From Pelagibacterales bacterium SAG-MED28 (GTDB lineage: Bacteria > Pseudomonadota > Alphaproteobacteria > Pelagibacterales > Pelagibacteraceae), in assembly GCA_014653835.1 (NCBI GenBank), contig JACWDY010000003.1:5621-69620 (forward strand): 64,000 nucleotides of DNA, in the 5' to 3' direction. A program made the position numbers and the translations under genes. Position 1 is the stretch's first letter; each line of letters begins with the position of its first letter. Shown here piece after piece: positions 42,375 through 56,297 of the stretch. The notes beneath the pieces are model-generated. The model ran no database searches. It was not told where the DNA came from and saw only the letters and a list, made by a program, of their open reading frames with translations.

Positions 42375-42772
42375 TGGGAAATCAATCTTCACAAAAACTA
42401 CCAAGCCAAAGGCAATTAAGAGTTGGAGAACTAGTAAAACAAAATTTAGGCGAGCTACTAATAAGAAATGAAGCTAAATTACCTTCCATAAACTCGAAAT
42501 TAATTACAGTTACTGAAGTTAGAATGACACCTGATCTAAAAACAGCCAGGGTATATGTTATTCGGTTGGGTGGCACTGATACTAAGGAAACAGTTAGGAT
42601 CTTGACGGAATACTCACATCTTGTTAGAAGAGCGCTGTCTAAAAGGCTAGATATTAAGTTTCTTCCTAAACTCACTTTTGTAGAAGATAACTCATTTGAA
42701 TACGCTGAAAAGATTGAAAGAATAATAAAGAAAAATAAAGAAAATGATAAAGAAAAAAATAGATACAATTAA
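42374..42772 (+). CDS. rbfA: Ribosome-binding factor A
   Basis: SQRQLRVGE, VTEVRMTPDLKTA, PKLTF..D.S. Confidence 0.95.
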   Translation: MGNQSSQKLPSQRQLRVGELVKQNLGELLIRNEAKLPSINSKLITVTEVRMTPDLKTARVYVIRLGGTDTKETVRILTEYSHLVRRALSKRLDIKFLPKLTFVEDNSFEYAEKIERIIKKNKENDKEKNRYN

Positions 42773-43004
42773 ATCTCTAGCCACACACGATAAAGATGTA
42801 GGATCAGCAGAAATCCAAATAGGTTTACTAACTGACAAAATATCAAAATTAGCAGAACATTTTAAAATCGCAAAAAAAGATAAACACTCTGCAGTTGGTA
42901 TGACTAAATCAGTTAACAAAAGAAAAAAATTACTTTCATACTTGAAAAAGAAAAACCCAGACTCATATCAAAAAGTTCTAAAAGAACTAAATTTAAGGAA
43001 ATAA
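42744..43004 (+). CDS. rpsO: 30S ribosomal protein S15
   Basis: [26 protein letters not shown]. Confidence 0.95.
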   Translation: MIKKKIDTIKSLATHDKDVGSAEIQIGLLTDKISKLAEHFKIAKKDKHSAVGMTKSVNKRKKLLSYLKKKNPDSYQKVLKELNLRK

Positions 43005-45076
43005 TGTTTAAAATTGAAAAAGAAGAAATAGAAATTAACGGAAAAAAATTAATATTAGAGACAGGAAAAATTGCGAGACAAGCAGACGGAGCAATAATCG
43101 CTTCATGCGGAGAAACAGTTGTAATAGCTACTGTAGTTGGTGCAAAAAAACTTAAAGATGGACAAGATTTTTTCCCTTTATCAGTAAATTATCAAGAAAA
43201 GTATTACGCTGCTGGAAAAATTCCCGGAGGATATTTTAAAAGAGAAGCAAGACCAACTGAGTCAGAACAATTGATTTCTAGATTAATAGATAGACCTATA
43301 AGACCTCTGTTCCCTTCTAGTTTTTTAAATGAAGTTCAATTACTTCCCACAGTTTTGTCTTATGATGGAGAAAATCAAGCCGATGTTCTTTCAATAATAG
43401 CTTGTTCTGCTTCATTAGCTATTTCAGGATTACCCTTTAGTGAACCTATCGCTGCTAGTAGAGTTGGTTACAAAGATGGTAAATATTTATTAAACCCATC
43501 TCCAGAAGAGCTAATTGAGTCTGAATTGGACTTAGTTGTGGCCGGAACAAAAGATGCTGTTTTAATGGTAGAGTCAGAAACTTCAGGGCTTTCAGAAAAA
43601 ATAATGTTAGATGCTGTAAAATTTGGACACAAAAGCTTTGTACCAGTAATAGAAGCAATAGAAAAACTTGCCAAAAAAGCCAGCAAGCCAAAATGGAAAG
43701 TTGAAGAAGTAGATCATTCAAACATTAAAAAGCAAATTGCAAGTGCTGTTGAGGCAGATCTTAGAAAAGCCTTTAAGGAAATAGATAAAAAGAAAAGATC
43801 AACCGCTATCTCAGAAATAGAGACTAAATGTAAAGAAATGTTTGCTGAAGACGAAAGTATAACCGAAAATCAAGCTATGGCTCAATTAAAATCTCTAGAA
43901 AAAGATATTGTTAGAACAGCAATTATAAAAGATAAAAAAAGAATTGATGGCAGAGGCCTAGCAGATGTTAGACAAATAAAATGTGAAGTAGGTGTACTAC
44001 CAAGAACACATGGCTCTGCTCTGTTTACTAGAGGAGAGACACAAGCATTAGTAGTTACTACCTTAGGCATGTCTGATGATGAGCAAAGAGTAGAAAGCTT
44101 AAGTGGAATGCAAAGGAACAGGTTTATGTTGCATTACAATTTCCCCCCTTTTTCTGTAGGAGAATGTGGAAGAATTGGAACAGGAAGAAGAGAAGTGGGG
44201 CATGGAAAATTAGCATGGAGAGCAATTAATTCATCTTTACCAAAAGCTGAAGATTTTCCATACACACTAAGAGTAGTTTCTGAAATCACAGAGTCTAATG
44301 GATCTTCATCAATGGCGACAGTTTGTGGAACTTCACTGGCTCTTATGGACGCTGGTGTTCCAATAAAAGAACCAGTTGCAGGTATTGCGATGGGTTTAAT
44401 AAAAGAAGGAGATGATTTTTCAGTGCTATCAGACATTTTAGGAGATGAGGACCACCTTGGAGATATGGATTTTAAAGTAGCAGGAACAAAGAATGGAATC
44501 ACTTCGCTACAAATGGATATAAAAATAACAGGTATTACTTTTGAAATTATGGAAAAAGCTTTGGATCAAGCTAAAGGTGGTAGAGAGCATATTTTAGGAG
44601 AAATGAATAAATCATTAAAAAACTCAAGAAAAGAATTTTCAAAACATACTCCTAAAATGGAAATTATAAAAGTTGATAAAAAAGATATAGCAACAATAAT
44701 AGGTAAAGGTGGAGCAACTATAAGAGAGATAGTTGAGACATCTGGCGCCAAGGTCGATGTCAAAGATACCGGAGAAGTAACAGTAGCCGCTCCAGACGAA
44801 GAATCTAGAAATAAAGCAATTGAATTCATTAAAAGTTTAGTAGCAAAACCTGAAATGGGAAAGATTTACAAAGGTAAAGTTGTTAAAATAATGGAGTTTG
44901 GAGCATTTGTTAATTTCTTGGGGAAACAAGATGGCTTGGTTCATATTTCTGAATTGGCTGAAAAACGAGTTGCAAAAGTTGGTGATGTTTTAAAAGAAGG
45001 CGACGAAGTTTCGGTGAAAGTAGTTGGATTTGATAGAGGTAAGGTTAAATTATCAATGAAACAAGCTTCTGCTTAG
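43004..45076 (+). CDS. pnp: Polyribonucleotide nucleotidyltransferase
   Basis: [27 protein letters not shown]; KH and S1 domains. Confidence 0.98.
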   Translation: MFKIEKEEIEINGKKLILETGKIARQADGAIIASCGETVVIATVVGAKKLKDGQDFFPLSVNYQEKYYAAGKIPGGYFKREARPTESEQLISRLIDRPIRPLFPSSFLNEVQLLPTVLSYDGENQADVLSIIACSASLAISGLPFSEPIAASRVGYKDGKYLLNPSPEELIESELDLVVAGTKDAVLMVESETSGLSEKIMLDAVKFGHKSFVPVIEAIEKLAKKASKPKWKVEEVDHSNIKKQIASAVEADLRKAFKEIDKKKRSTAISEIETKCKEMFAEDESITENQAMAQLKSLEKDIVRTAIIKDKKRIDGRGLADVRQIKCEVGVLPRTHGSALFTRGETQALVVTTLGMSDDEQRVESLSGMQRNRFMLHYNFPPFSVGECGRIGTGRREVGHGKLAWRAINSSLPKAEDFPYTLRVVSEITESNGSSSMATVCGTSLALMDAGVPIKEPVAGIAMGLIKEGDDFSVLSDILGDEDHLGDMDFKVAGTKNGITSLQMDIKITGITFEIMEKALDQAKGGREHILGEMNKSLKNSRKEFSKHTPKMEIIKVDKKDIATIIGKGGATIREIVETSGAKVDVKDTGEVTVAAPDEESRNKAIEFIKSLVAKPEMGKIYKGKVVKIMEFGAFVNFLGKQDGLVHISELAEKRVAKVGDVLKEGDEVSVKVVGFDRGKVKLSMKQASA

Positions 45077-45858
45077 GCCATATTTTTAGGATCAGGCATA
45101 CCAACCTTATTATATCCAGCATCTACGTAATGAATTTCACCTGTAACACCTGCAGCCAGATCACTTAATAAGTATAGGGCAGAATTTCCTACATCATGAA
45201 TATCTACGTTTCTCCTTAAAAAAGAGTGATCCTCATTCCACTTATATAAAAATTTTGCATCACCTATAGCAGACGCAGCCAAAGTTTTAATTGGACCCGC
45301 ACTTATAGCATTAATTCTAATTTTTTTTTGACCCAAATCTCTTGCTAAATATTTTACACTCGCCTCGAGAGCTGATTTACAAACACCCATTACATTATAA
45401 TTAGGAATAGCTTTAGTAGACTCGTACGTAAGTGTCAGCATACTTCCCCCCTCTTTCATTATTTTAGATGCTTCTTTAGAAACTTCTGTAAATGAAAAGC
45501 ACGAAATTAGCATACTTCGAAGAAAATTCTCTCTTGAGGTATTTAAATATTCCCCGGATAACTCAGACTTATCAGAAAATGCTACCGCATGAACAACAAA
45601 ATCAATTTGACCCCAATGAGATTTGATATCTTCAAAAAGTTTTATAACTTCATTTTTCTTTTCAACATCACAGCTAAAAGTTAACTTAGAATTTAATTTT
45701 TCCGCTAGCGGAATAACTCTTTTTTTTAAGGCATCACCAAGATAAGTAAATGCCAGCTCTGCACCTGCGTTAGCAAGTTTTTGAGATATACCCCAGGCGA
45801 TTGAGCGTTCATTAGCAACACCCATGACTAAACCTTTTTTACCTTTCATTAAATCCAT
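45073..45858 (-). CDS. fabI: Enoyl-ACP reductase
   Basis: [33 protein letters not shown]. Confidence 0.96.
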   Translation of the reverse strand: MDLMKGKKGLVMGVANERSIAWGISQKLANAGAELAFTYLGDALKKRVIPLAEKLNSKLTFSCDVEKKNEVIKLFEDIKSHWGQIDFVVHAVAFSDKSELSGEYLNTSRENFLRSMLISCFSFTEVSKEASKIMKEGGSMLTLTYESTKAIPNYNVMGVCKSALEASVKYLARDLGQKKIRINAISAGPIKTLAASAIGDAKFLYKWNEDHSFLRRNVDIHDVGNSALYLLSDLAAGVTGEIHYVDAGYNKVGMPDPKNMA

Positions 45859-45861
45859 TAT

Positions 45862-47073
45862 TTATACCTTTTCAAAAACTAAAGTTGCGTTAGTCCCACC
45901 AAATCCAAAGCTATTTGACATTATAGAATTTAATTCAATATCTTTTTCAACTTTAGTAACAATAGGATATTTTTTTGCTTCGTCATCCATGTCGCTAATA
46001 TTCGCAGAAGCTGCGATAAATTTATTTTTCATCATAATTAAACAGTAAATAGCCTCATGTACAGATGTGGCACCTAACGAATGTCCCGCCAAAGATTTTG
46101 TTGAACTTATTTTTGGTTTATCATCTTTAAAAACTTCTCCTACAGCTTTTAACTCAGTAATGTCACCAACTGGTGTAGAAGTTCCATGAGTATTAATGTA
46201 ATCAATTTTATTTTTTGAAGTAGCTAAAGCCATTTGCATACATCTTACAGCTCCTTCACCAGATGGAGCTACCATGTCATATCCATCTGAAGTTGCCCCA
46301 TAACCAGTTAGTTCTGCATAAATTTTTGCACCTCTAGCCTTTGCATGCTCATATTCTTCTAAAACAAGCACTCCGCCTCCACCTGAAATAACAAATCCAT
46401 CTCTCGTTTTGTCATAAGGTCTCGAGGCTTTTTCTGGTGTATTATTATATTTGGATGATAATGCCGTCATAGCATCGAACATTGCTGTCATTGCAAAGTG
46501 AACTTCATCGCTACCTCCAGCAAAAACAATTTTTTGTTTTCCTAATTGTATAAGTTCCATAGCATTTCCTATACAGTGGCCACTCGTTGCACATGCAGAG
46601 CTGATAGTATAATTAACTCCCTTAATTTTAAAAGGAACTGCCAAAGTTGCAGATGCAGTACTAGACATTGTTCTAGGCACCACAAACGGTCCCATTCTTT
46701 TTGGACTTTTTTCTCTAGTTTTATCTGCTGCTAAAATTACGTTTTCAATTGAGGGACCACCAGAACCCATAATCATTCCTGATGAAATATTACTTATATC
46801 TTTTTCGTCTAAACCAGAGTCTTTCACTGCTTCATTCATAGCTATATAATTGTAAGCTGATCCAGGACCCATAAATCTTATAAATTTTCTATCTACGTGA
46901 TCTTCAAGTTTAATATTAGGTTTTCCATGTACATTACTTTTAAGATTATATTCCTTATACTCTTCAGAAAAAGTAATTCCTGATTTTGCATTTAATAAAG
47001 ATTTATAAACTTCATCTTGATTATTGCCTAAACAAGAAACAACCCCGAGACCTGAAATTACTACTCTTTTCAT
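45862..47073 (-). CDS. fabB: Beta-ketoacyl-ACP synthase I
   Basis: [24 protein letters not shown]; follows fabA. Confidence 0.95.
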   Translation of the reverse strand: MKRVVISGLGVVSCLGNNQDEVYKSLLNAKSGITFSEEYKEYNLKSNVHGKPNIKLEDHVDRKFIRFMGPGSAYNYIAMNEAVKDSGLDEKDISNISSGMIMGSGGPSIENVILAADKTREKSPKRMGPFVVPRTMSSTASATLAVPFKIKGVNYTISSACATSGHCIGNAMELIQLGKQKIVFAGGSDEVHFAMTAMFDAMTALSSKYNNTPEKASRPYDKTRDGFVISGGGGVLVLEEYEHAKARGAKIYAELTGYGATSDGYDMVAPSGEGAVRCMQMALATSKNKIDYINTHGTSTPVGDITELKAVGEVFKDDKPKISSTKSLAGHSLGATSVHEAIYCLIMMKNKFIAASANISDMDDEAKKYPIVTKVEKDIELNSIMSNSFGFGGTNATLVFEKV

Positions 47074-47573
47074 GATTTGAATAAACCTACTTTTAAATTT
47101 TCTGCTCTATAAATAATTTTTCCATCTGCTGATAAAATGCCATTAGCTAAACCAACAGCAGTTCCCTCTTTTTTTAATATCCTTTTAATGTGAATTTCAT
47201 ATGTCGCCATTTTTATATTTTTTAAAACCTCTCCAGTAAATTTTACTGAATTTACACCTAAAGCCCTGCCCTTACCAGGCTCACCAATCCAGCCTAAAAA
47301 AAAACCTACCAATTGCCACATAGCATCTAAGCCAAGGCATCCAGGCATCACCGGGTCTCCTTGGAAATGACAGTCAAAAAACCATAAATTATCTTTAATA
47401 TCAAGTTCTGCTTTAATAAAACCTTTTTTAAAATCTCCAGTATTTTGTTCAATTTTGGTAATTCTATCAAACATAAGCATTGGTGGAAGAGGAAGTTTAG
47501 CGTTACCCTCTCCAAAAAGCTTACCTTTTCCACATTCTATAAGTTCGTCGAAGATATAATTGTTTTTTCGCAT
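47070..47573 (-). CDS. fabA: 3-hydroxydecanoyl-ACP dehydratase/isomerase
   Basis: [32 protein letters not shown]. Confidence 0.97.
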   Translation of the reverse strand: MRKNNYIFDELIECGKGKLFGEGNAKLPLPPMLMFDRITKIEQNTGDFKKGFIKAELDIKDNLWFFDCHFQGDPVMPGCLGLDAMWQLVGFFLGWIGEPGKGRALGVNSVKFTGEVLKNIKMATYEIHIKRILKKEGTAVGLANGILSADGKIIYRAENLKVGLFKS

Positions 47574-47627
47574 AAGATTAAACTAGCTTTTTTTTAGAGA
47601 TATATACACTATTTAATTAATTAACAC

Positions 47628-47644
47628 TTTAGAACGATTATAAA
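47628..47644. promoter_or_regulatory. Iron control element (Irr box) upstream of irr
   Basis: TTTAGAA-CGA-TTATAAA against ICE consensus TTTAGAA-N3-TTCTAAA. Confidence 0.8.
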
Positions 47645-47662
47645 TTGGTATATGTTATTTTA

Positions 47663-48079
47663 ATGAACCAAAAAAATAAAATTACAAATAAATTACGTTC
47701 TTCTAAGTTAAGACCGACAAAGCAAAGAAGAAAGATAGCTGATTTTCTATTTAATAGAGAGAAAACTTTTCACTTCACCGTAGAAGAATTGAATAAAATT
47801 ATAAATAAAAAAGATAATTTGCAAAAAATTTCTTTAGCTACTATTTATAATACTATTGATGCTTTTAAAAAAGCTGGTCATTTAAAAGAAATTTTAACTA
47901 ACAATAACAAAAGCTACTATGACACTAATATTAGTTCTCATCATCATTTCTTCGATATTGAGACCAATGAACTGGAAGATATAAATTATAATGATATCAA
48001 AGTTGTAAATTTGCCGCATGCTCCAAAAGGCAAAAAAATTCAAGACGTAGAAGTGACTCTAACTGTGAAAAAATCCTAG
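47663..48079 (+). CDS. irr: Iron response regulator Irr (Fur family)
   Basis: LRPTKQR, SLATIYNT, YYDTN.SSHHHFF; divergent from fabA as in other alphaproteobacteria; ATG at 47663. Confidence 0.88.
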   Translation: MNQKNKITNKLRSSKLRPTKQRRKIADFLFNREKTFHFTVEELNKIINKKDNLQKISLATIYNTIDAFKKAGHLKEILTNNNKSYYDTNISSHHHFFDIETNELEDINYNDIKVVNLPHAPKGKKIQDVEVTLTVKKS

Positions 48080-48087
48080 AGCTTAAG

Positions 48088-48115
48088 TTGACTATTACTT
48101 TAGAATCATTATAAA
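48088..48115 (+). promoter_or_regulatory. katG promoter overlapped by an Irr box (48099-48115)
   Basis: -35 TTGACT at 48088; TTTAGAA-TCA-TTATAAA covers the spacer and -10. Confidence 0.8.
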
Positions 48116-48128
48116 CTATTAATAATAA

Positions 48129-50318
<2,190 letters not shown>

Positions 50319-50332
50319 ATTTTTATATACTC

Positions 50333-50926
50333 ATGAGAAACGTTGCATTTAATGATTTTTATCAAGTTCCAAATATAAAATTTGATATATTTAAGTTAAG
50401 GACAGATCTAGAAAAAATATTAAAAAATAAAAAGTTTAATTCGTTAGGTATAAAAAGTTTTGGTGCAATACCTTTAAATCAGATACCAGGTGATGAAGAC
50501 TCCATTAAAGGTCACAATGTAAGAGGGACATATTGGACGCTTCCTGATGAAACTGGAAAAGAGGCGGAGAGAGATAAACCTATTGATGAGACTAAATATA
50601 CAGAGATCACTTCAGATTTTAAAAACACATATTTTGAGGAAGTTTACAACACTCTAAAAAAGAAATTTAAACTTGGAAGAATTAGAATTTTACTAAAAGA
50701 ACCTCGTTCTACTTTAAGCTGGCACAGAGATCCTGAGCCAAGACTTCATATTCCTATTATCACAAATCCCGGTTGTAGAATGGTTATAGAAAATGTTGCA
50801 AAACACATGCCTGCGGACGGTTCTGTAACTATAACAAACAACACCAAATATCACAATTTTTTCAATGGCGGTGAACAAGATCGTATACACATTGTAGCTT
50901 GTGTTTTAGAAAACCCCTTTAATTAA
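50333..50926 (+). CDS. Aspartyl/asparaginyl beta-hydroxylase-like Fe(II)/2OG cupin
   Basis: RIRIL, WHRD (HxD), RLHIPIITN, HNFFNGG..RIH. Confidence 0.8.
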   Translation: MRNVAFNDFYQVPNIKFDIFKLRTDLEKILKNKKFNSLGIKSFGAIPLNQIPGDEDSIKGHNVRGTYWTLPDETGKEAERDKPIDETKYTEITSDFKNTYFEEVYNTLKKKFKLGRIRILLKEPRSTLSWHRDPEPRLHIPIITNPGCRMVIENVAKHMPADGSVTITNNTKYHNFFNGGEQDRIHIVACVLENPFN

Positions 50927-51175
50927 ATGACAGAATTTACTCACGGAATATTTTCAGCCTCTAAAAATATCTACGAGAACAATAAAGGTTCCATTCTAAG
51001 AACTATAATCTATACGATTGGTCACTTTGCTATTGCTATAACGGTTTTAATGCTGATCGCAGATGTTCCGTTTTCTATAGCACTAACGGATGCTATTGTT
51101 GAACCACTTGCAAATGCTGTTTGGTATTTTGTTTTAGATAAAATTTGGACGGCGAAATATAAAAAATCCTCATAA
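50927..51175 (+). CDS. DUF2061-like small membrane protein
   Basis: RTIIYTIGHF.IA, A.VEP..NAVWYFVLDKIW pattern; 2-3 TM segments. Confidence 0.7.
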   Translation: MTEFTHGIFSASKNIYENNKGSILRTIIYTIGHFAIAITVLMLIADVPFSIALTDAIVEPLANAVWYFVLDKIWTAKYKKSS

Positions 51176-51628
51176 TAATCCCCACAGACCATTTTTACTT
51201 ACCCAGCCTTTATATTTTCCAGTCTTAACTTTACACCATTCAATTTTACATTTGTTAATCTTAACCAACCTTCCTTGTTTTAGAAGAGCAACAGGATTTG
51301 AAAAGATTGTAGATTTACCAAACAAGATCAACTCTTCTTCGATTACAATTGCCGCCTTCTTTTTTGATAATTGAGAAATGTGTACCCATCCTGAATTATT
51401 TTCATGATCTCTAATTTTTCTAAAATTATCAGAGCTATCTTGTATTAATACTGGCAAGAACTTTTTTTTATATAAAATTTTAACTGGATAATCAAATGAA
51501 GGCCCCTGACGTAAATTTACTTTTTCATTTCTTAGGGTAAGAAAATATTCATCCTTAGAATACAAATCTTCGAATGAAACAAAAAAAATTAAGAAAAAAA
51601 AAATTAATATGGGCACTTTTTTAAACAT
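51170..51628 (-). CDS. Periplasmic tandem bacterial SH3 protein
   Basis: Signal peptide, VNLRQGPSFDYP, GWVH.SQLS, WCKV...GWV. Confidence 0.88.
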   Translation of the reverse strand: MFKKVPILIFFFLIFFVSFEDLYSKDEYFLTLRNEKVNLRQGPSFDYPVKILYKKKFLPVLIQDSSDNFRKIRDHENNSGWVHISQLSKKKAAIVIEEELILFGKSTIFSNPVALLKQGRLVKINKCKIEWCKVKTGKYKGWVSKNGLWGLL

Positions 51629-52353
51629 CTAGGATTTTTAGTAATTTTAATTTTTCTCAAAGTCATATTTAAGGAATTAAATATCAAAACATTATTATTT
51701 AAATCATCTTTTAAACCTAAAATAGTTTTAATAACCTCATTTGCTTGAAGGGATCCCAGTATTCCTGCAACAGGAGAAAAAATGCCTTCTGTTTCGCAAT
51801 TATTTTCTTCTATTGGTTGTTCTGGCATAAAACATCTAAAACAAGAGGCTTTTTTTTTAAAATCAAATTTAAATAGATGACCATCAAAAGCACTTATTGC
51901 AGCGGATATAAGTATTTTTTTATTTTTTTTACAATAATCGTTTATGAGATATCTTGTTTCAAAATTATCAGTTCCATCACAAATAATATCATAACTTTTG
52001 GAAATAGATTTGATATTATTTGATGATACTTTAATTTTATAATTTTTAATTTTGATTTTTTTATAAATTTTACTTATTTTAGACTTTGCTTGTACAACTT
52101 TATATTTTCCTAAATCTGCTGAGTTAAATATAATTTGTCTATTTAAATTTCCAATTTCCACTTTATCGTGATCAACTATTCCAATATTACAAATACCTGC
52201 AGAAGCTAGATAAGTTAAAAGAGGACATCCTATTCCACCCATTCCAATAATTAAAACTCTAGCCTGATGAATTTTTTTTTGACCGGCAATGCCTACCTTT
52301 TTGAGAATAATTTGCTTCTCAAATCTTTGAAAATCTTTGAGATTAAGTGACAT
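51604..52353 (-). CDS. HesA/MoeB/ThiF adenylyltransferase
   Basis: GMGGIG, DHDKVEIGNLNRQ, DGTDNF.TR, CFRC. Confidence 0.92.
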   Translation of the reverse strand: MSLNLKDFQRFEKQIILKKVGIAGQKKIHQARVLIIGMGGIGCPLLTYLASAGICNIGIVDHDKVEIGNLNRQIIFNSADLGKYKVVQAKSKISKIYKKIKIKNYKIKVSSNNIKSISKSYDIICDGTDNFETRYLINDYCKKNKKILISAAISAFDGHLFKFDFKKKASCFRCFMPEQPIEENNCETEGIFSPVAGILGSLQANEVIKTILGLKDDLNNNVLIFNSLNMTLRKIKITKNPRCLKKCPY

Positions 52354-52359
52354 TAATTT

Positions 52360-52803
52360 TTATTTAACACCTGTAGATCCAAAACCTCCTGAACCACGTT
52401 TGGTATTTTCAAGTGTTTCTACTTCTTTTATATTTGCTTTGATAATTGGACACAAAACCATTTGTGCAATACGTAATCCTTTTTCAACAATAAAATTCTT
52501 ATTCCCAAGATTAATTAATATTACTTTTAATTCTCCTCTGTAATCAGCATCTATTGTGCCAGGAGTATTTAGAACACTAATTTGATTTTTAGCAGCTAAT
52601 CCAGATCTAGGTCTGATTTGTATCTCAAAATTTTTTGGAATTGAAACAGCTAAACCTGTAGGAATTATCTCAGATTTTCCAGGTTTAATTTCAATGTTAT
52701 CTTTAACATCTGCAGATATATCCATTCCAGAAGATCCATCGGTTTCATATTTTGGTAGTGGGATGTTCTTTGATAATCTTTTAATTAATATTTCTGTCAT
52801 CAA
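52360..52803 (-). CDS. dut: dUTP diphosphatase
   Basis: SSGMD, RPRSGLA, GTIDADYRGE, RIAQ, RGSGGFGSTG. Confidence 0.97.
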   Translation of the reverse strand: MMTEILIKRLSKNIPLPKYETDGSSGMDISADVKDNIEIKPGKSEIIPTGLAVSIPKNFEIQIRPRSGLAAKNQISVLNTPGTIDADYRGELKVILINLGNKNFIVEKGLRIAQMVLCPIIKANIKEVETLENTKRGSGGFGSTGVK

Positions 52804-54007
52804 CTAATTTATCTAATAAAATTTGAGCAATTTTATTAGCAATAAAACTTTTTTTATTTTTAGGAATTGTTTTTATTTTCCCCTTTTTATCTATTACGGA
52901 TACTTTATTGTACTCAGAATTAAACCCAATACCTTTTTTTGAAACATCATTTGCAAAGATAAAGTCACAATACTTATCTTTTAATTTAATAAAAGAATTT
53001 TTATTAACATTTTGCGTCTCTGCTGAAAAACCTGCCACGATACGAGGTCTATTTTTGTTATTTTTGGATATGAATTCTAATATATCGCGATTTTTGATAA
53101 CATTTATTGAATTTAAATCTAGAGAACTCTTTTTGATTTTTTCTTTATTTCTCTTAGTTGGTTTAACATCTGTTACAGCTGCTGCGCATACGGCTAAATC
53201 TACTGGTAAAGTTTTTTTAACTTCATTAAACATTTCATCTGCCGAAGTAATTTTTTTTACCTTTATACTTTTTGGACTTATTAAATTGGAAGGCCCTGAT
53301 ATTAAGGTTGTTTTAATTCCAAGTTTATCTAATGCAATTGCTATTTCATAACCTTGCTTTCCACTAGACTCATTTGAAATATATCTTACTGGATCCAAAT
53401 ATTCTCTTGTAGGGCCAGCAGTTACTAGAGCTTTAAAATTTTTATTTTTAACAATATCTTTTTTATTAAAATAATTTTTTAAATAAGCAAAAATTTGTCT
53501 TGGACTCGACATTTTGCCTTCTCCAAATTCACCACATGCCATTTCACCCTTTTCAGGTCCAATAAACAAATATCCAAAATCTTGTAAAGTTTTTAAATTT
53601 GATTGAGTAGCTTTATGTAACCACATACGTACGTTCATCGCAGGCACCAGTAAAATATCTTTATTAGATGCCAATAGTACCGTAGTGGCCAAATCTTCAG
53701 CTTTACCTATTGATAATTTGCTCATGAAATTAGCGGTAGTTGGCATAACAATAACGATATCTGCCCATCTTGATAAAGCAATGTGATCTATTTCAGCCTC
53801 TGTGTCTTTATCAAAAATATTTTCAAAAGTTCTAGTACCAGTTAGGGTCGTTAAAGATAAAGGAGTAACGAATTCCCTACCACTTTTTGTAAGAATGGTT
53901 TTTATCTCAGCATTATTCTTTTTTAGTAATCGAATTAAATCTAGAGATTTATAGGCAGCTATTCCTCCGCCAATGATAATTAGAACTTTTTTATTATTTA
54001 AAGTCAT
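52781..54007 (-). CDS. coaBC: Bifunctional CoaBC
   Basis: GGIAAYK, HIALSRWAD, PAMNVRM, MACGE.G.G, TAGPTRE.LDPVRYISN.SSG. Confidence 0.96.
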   Translation of the reverse strand: MTLNNKKVLIIIGGGIAAYKSLDLIRLLKKNNAEIKTILTKSGREFVTPLSLTTLTGTRTFENIFDKDTEAEIDHIALSRWADIVIVMPTTANFMSKLSIGKAEDLATTVLLASNKDILLVPAMNVRMWLHKATQSNLKTLQDFGYLFIGPEKGEMACGEFGEGKMSSPRQIFAYLKNYFNKKDIVKNKNFKALVTAGPTREYLDPVRYISNESSGKQGYEIAIALDKLGIKTTLISGPSNLISPKSIKVKKITSADEMFNEVKKTLPVDLAVCAAAVTDVKPTKRNKEKIKKSSLDLNSINVIKNRDILEFISKNNKNRPRIVAGFSAETQNVNKNSFIKLKDKYCDFIFANDVSKKGIGFNSEYNKVSVIDKKGKIKTIPKNKKSFIANKIAQILLDKLVDDRNIN

Positions 54008-54017
54008 AACATGAAGA

Positions 54018-55580
54018 TTAAAATACTAATAAAAAGACAATTACAATACCAAAAAAACTAATAACAATGTTATTCCTGAAGTTTTTAAGTTTCATTTGCT
54101 CTATTTCTAAATTTTTATTGCCAACACCTAAATTTATTTTTCCCTCAGCCATTAATTTTAGTGCGTAATCTGCTCTATCCATTAAACCAGGGAAATCCGG
54201 TATACGTTTAATAATTTCTGCTGAGGTGCTTATGGCAGTATTAATAGTAGATTTTGGGCCTTTTAAATTTTTAAGCCAGTCCTCTAAAACTGGTCTTGAA
54301 ACTTCCCAAATATTAGTTTCAGGATAAAGTTTTCTAGCAACTCCCTCAACTACAACCATTGTTTTCTGAAGTAGTAATAATGGAGGTTGTGTAGGCATAT
54401 TAAATTTTTCTGTAATCTCAAATAATTGAGCTAATAAATTACCACCAGAAATATCTTTAATAGATTGACCAAAAATCGGTTCTCCAACTGATCTTAATGC
54501 TTGAGCAAACTCTTCTTTAGAGGCATCTTGTGGAACCAAGCCAGCCTGAAAGTGGACTTCAGCAACTTTTACATAATCTCTCTTTATAAAACCGTATAAA
54601 ATCTCTGCTAAAAATTTTCTATTATTTTTATCTAATCGGCCCATAATACCAAAATCTACTGGAATAATATTTCCTTTAGAGTCGACAAATAGATTTCCTT
54701 GGTGCATGTCACCATGAAAAAAACCATCTCTAACTGCTTGTTTTAAAAAATGTTGAATTAAATCTTCAGCTAATTTTTTTAAGTTTATTCCTTGTTGTTC
54801 TAACTTTTTATGTTCTCTAATTGACTCACCTTCAACTTTATCCAATGTGAGAATTTTTTTTGTCGTATAATTCCAATAAATTTTAGGTACATTAAAACCA
54901 ACATCTAATTTAGTATTTTCATATAATTCATTTGCGGCTGCTGCTTCAAATCTAAGATCCATTTCAATATTTGTAATTTCTCTTAGAAGATAGACAACCT
55001 CAACCAGCTTTAATCTTTTTGACTTTGAAATTGTGTTTTCTACAATATAAGCAAAAAGCATTAAAGCATCCAATTCTTCATTAAATAATCTTTCTATGTC
55101 AGGACGTAAAATTTTAATTGCTACTTGTTTTTCTTGGTTTTCATTTTTAATTTTAGCTAAATGTACTTGAGCTATAGATGCAGCTGCAATCGGTTCGCCT
55201 ATTTCTATAATGTTCTGAAATTGTTTTTCACCAATTTCTCTTTTAATTACTTTTTTGGCCTCATAAAGATCAAAAGCAGGAACTTTGTCTTGAAGTTTCT
55301 CTAAATCCTTTGCCATTTGCTCCCCAATAATATCTGGTCTAGTTGCTAAAAATTGTCCAAGTTTAATAAAGGTAGTTCCCATGCCTTGAAGTGCAACACA
55401 TAATTTTTCACCTGGATTTTTTTTATTATCTAGTCGATTTCTTTCAGATCCAATCGAAATTAAATTAAAAAACAAATTTATAGGAAGAGGTATTTGATGT
55501 ACGTGGTTAATAGTTTCTATTGCACCTGAGGTAGATAGTTTTCTTGCGATTTGAAATAACCTAAAAACTCTTTTTAACAT
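54018..55580 (-). CDS. ubiB: Ubiquinone biosynthesis kinase-like UbiB
   Basis: FIKLGQFLATRPD, AAASIAQVH, VAIK, FFHGDMHQGN, DFGIMG. Confidence 0.96.
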   Translation of the reverse strand: MLKRVFRLFQIARKLSTSGAIETINHVHQIPLPINLFFNLISIGSERNRLDNKKNPGEKLCVALQGMGTTFIKLGQFLATRPDIIGEQMAKDLEKLQDKVPAFDLYEAKKVIKREIGEKQFQNIIEIGEPIAAASIAQVHLAKIKNENQEKQVAIKILRPDIERLFNEELDALMLFAYIVENTISKSKRLKLVEVVYLLREITNIEMDLRFEAAAANELYENTKLDVGFNVPKIYWNYTTKKILTLDKVEGESIREHKKLEQQGINLKKLAEDLIQHFLKQAVRDGFFHGDMHQGNLFVDSKGNIIPVDFGIMGRLDKNNRKFLAEILYGFIKRDYVKVAEVHFQAGLVPQDASKEEFAQALRSVGEPIFGQSIKDISGGNLLAQLFEITEKFNMPTQPPLLLLQKTMVVVEGVARKLYPETNIWEVSRPVLEDWLKNLKGPKSTINTAISTSAEIIKRIPDFPGLMDRADYALKLMAEGKINLGVGNKNLEIEQMKLKNFRNNIVISFFGIVIVFLLVF

Positions 55581-56285
55581 TTAAATTTTCCACCCTGAAT
55601 GTATAGCTGAGACCCCATTAGAAAGATTTCTATACTCTACATTAGAAAAACCATTGTTTATCAGTAGCTCCAGTAGTTGTTTTTGGTTATAAAATTCCTC
55701 TATACTTTTAACAAGATAATTATAAGGTTCAGATGAGCCCACGACATATTTTCCAATAATTGGGATAGTTTTAGAATAATTTTTATAAAAAAAATTTAAT
55801 ATCTCATTATCTATTTTAGAAAATTCTAAACACATAAATCGTCCACCTGGCTTTAACACTCTATATGCTTCTTTTAACGTTTTATTGACATCAGTTACAT
55901 TCCTTATTCCATAGCTTATTGAATAAAAATCATAAACATTATCTTTGACTGGTAAAGACTCTGCCTTAGCTTTAATCCACTTTATATTGTTATAATCTTT
56001 TAGATTGTTTTTTCCCTCTTGAAACATTTCATCATTAGGCTCTATGCAAGTAATTTCAGGTATATTCCTGTTTTTTTTTGAAAATAATTTTGCAATATCT
56101 CCTGTCCCTGACGCTACATCAATTAATTTTGCATCTTGAGCAGGATTCATCCAGTCAATAAGCTTTTCTTTCCAGACACGATGAATACCGAAAGACATTA
56201 TGTCATTCATCAGATCATATTTTCTATATACTTTTGAAAATACTGAATTGACTAATTTAGTTTTATCTAGAATAGTGTTTTTCAT
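55581..56285 (-). CDS. ubiE: UbiE/MenG C-methyltransferase
   Basis: YDLMNDIMSFGIHRVWK, DVASGTGD, RVLKPGG..CLEFS. Confidence 0.96.
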   Translation of the reverse strand: MKNTILDKTKLVNSVFSKVYRKYDLMNDIMSFGIHRVWKEKLIDWMNPAQDAKLIDVASGTGDIAKLFSKKNRNIPEITCIEPNDEMFQEGKNNLKDYNNIKWIKAKAESLPVKDNVYDFYSISYGIRNVTDVNKTLKEAYRVLKPGGRFMCLEFSKIDNEILNFFYKNYSKTIPIIGKYVVGSSEPYNYLVKSIEEFYNQKQLLELLINNGFSNVEYRNLSNGVSAIHSGWKI

Positions 56286-56297
56286 ATTATAATTATA
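56285..56297. promoter_or_regulatory. Candidate bidirectional leaderless -10 elements for ubiE and mutM
   Basis: Minus-strand TATAAT (56297-56292) sits 6 nt before the ubiE ATG; plus-strand TATTAT (56285-56290) sits 6 nt before the mutM ATG. Confidence 0.55.
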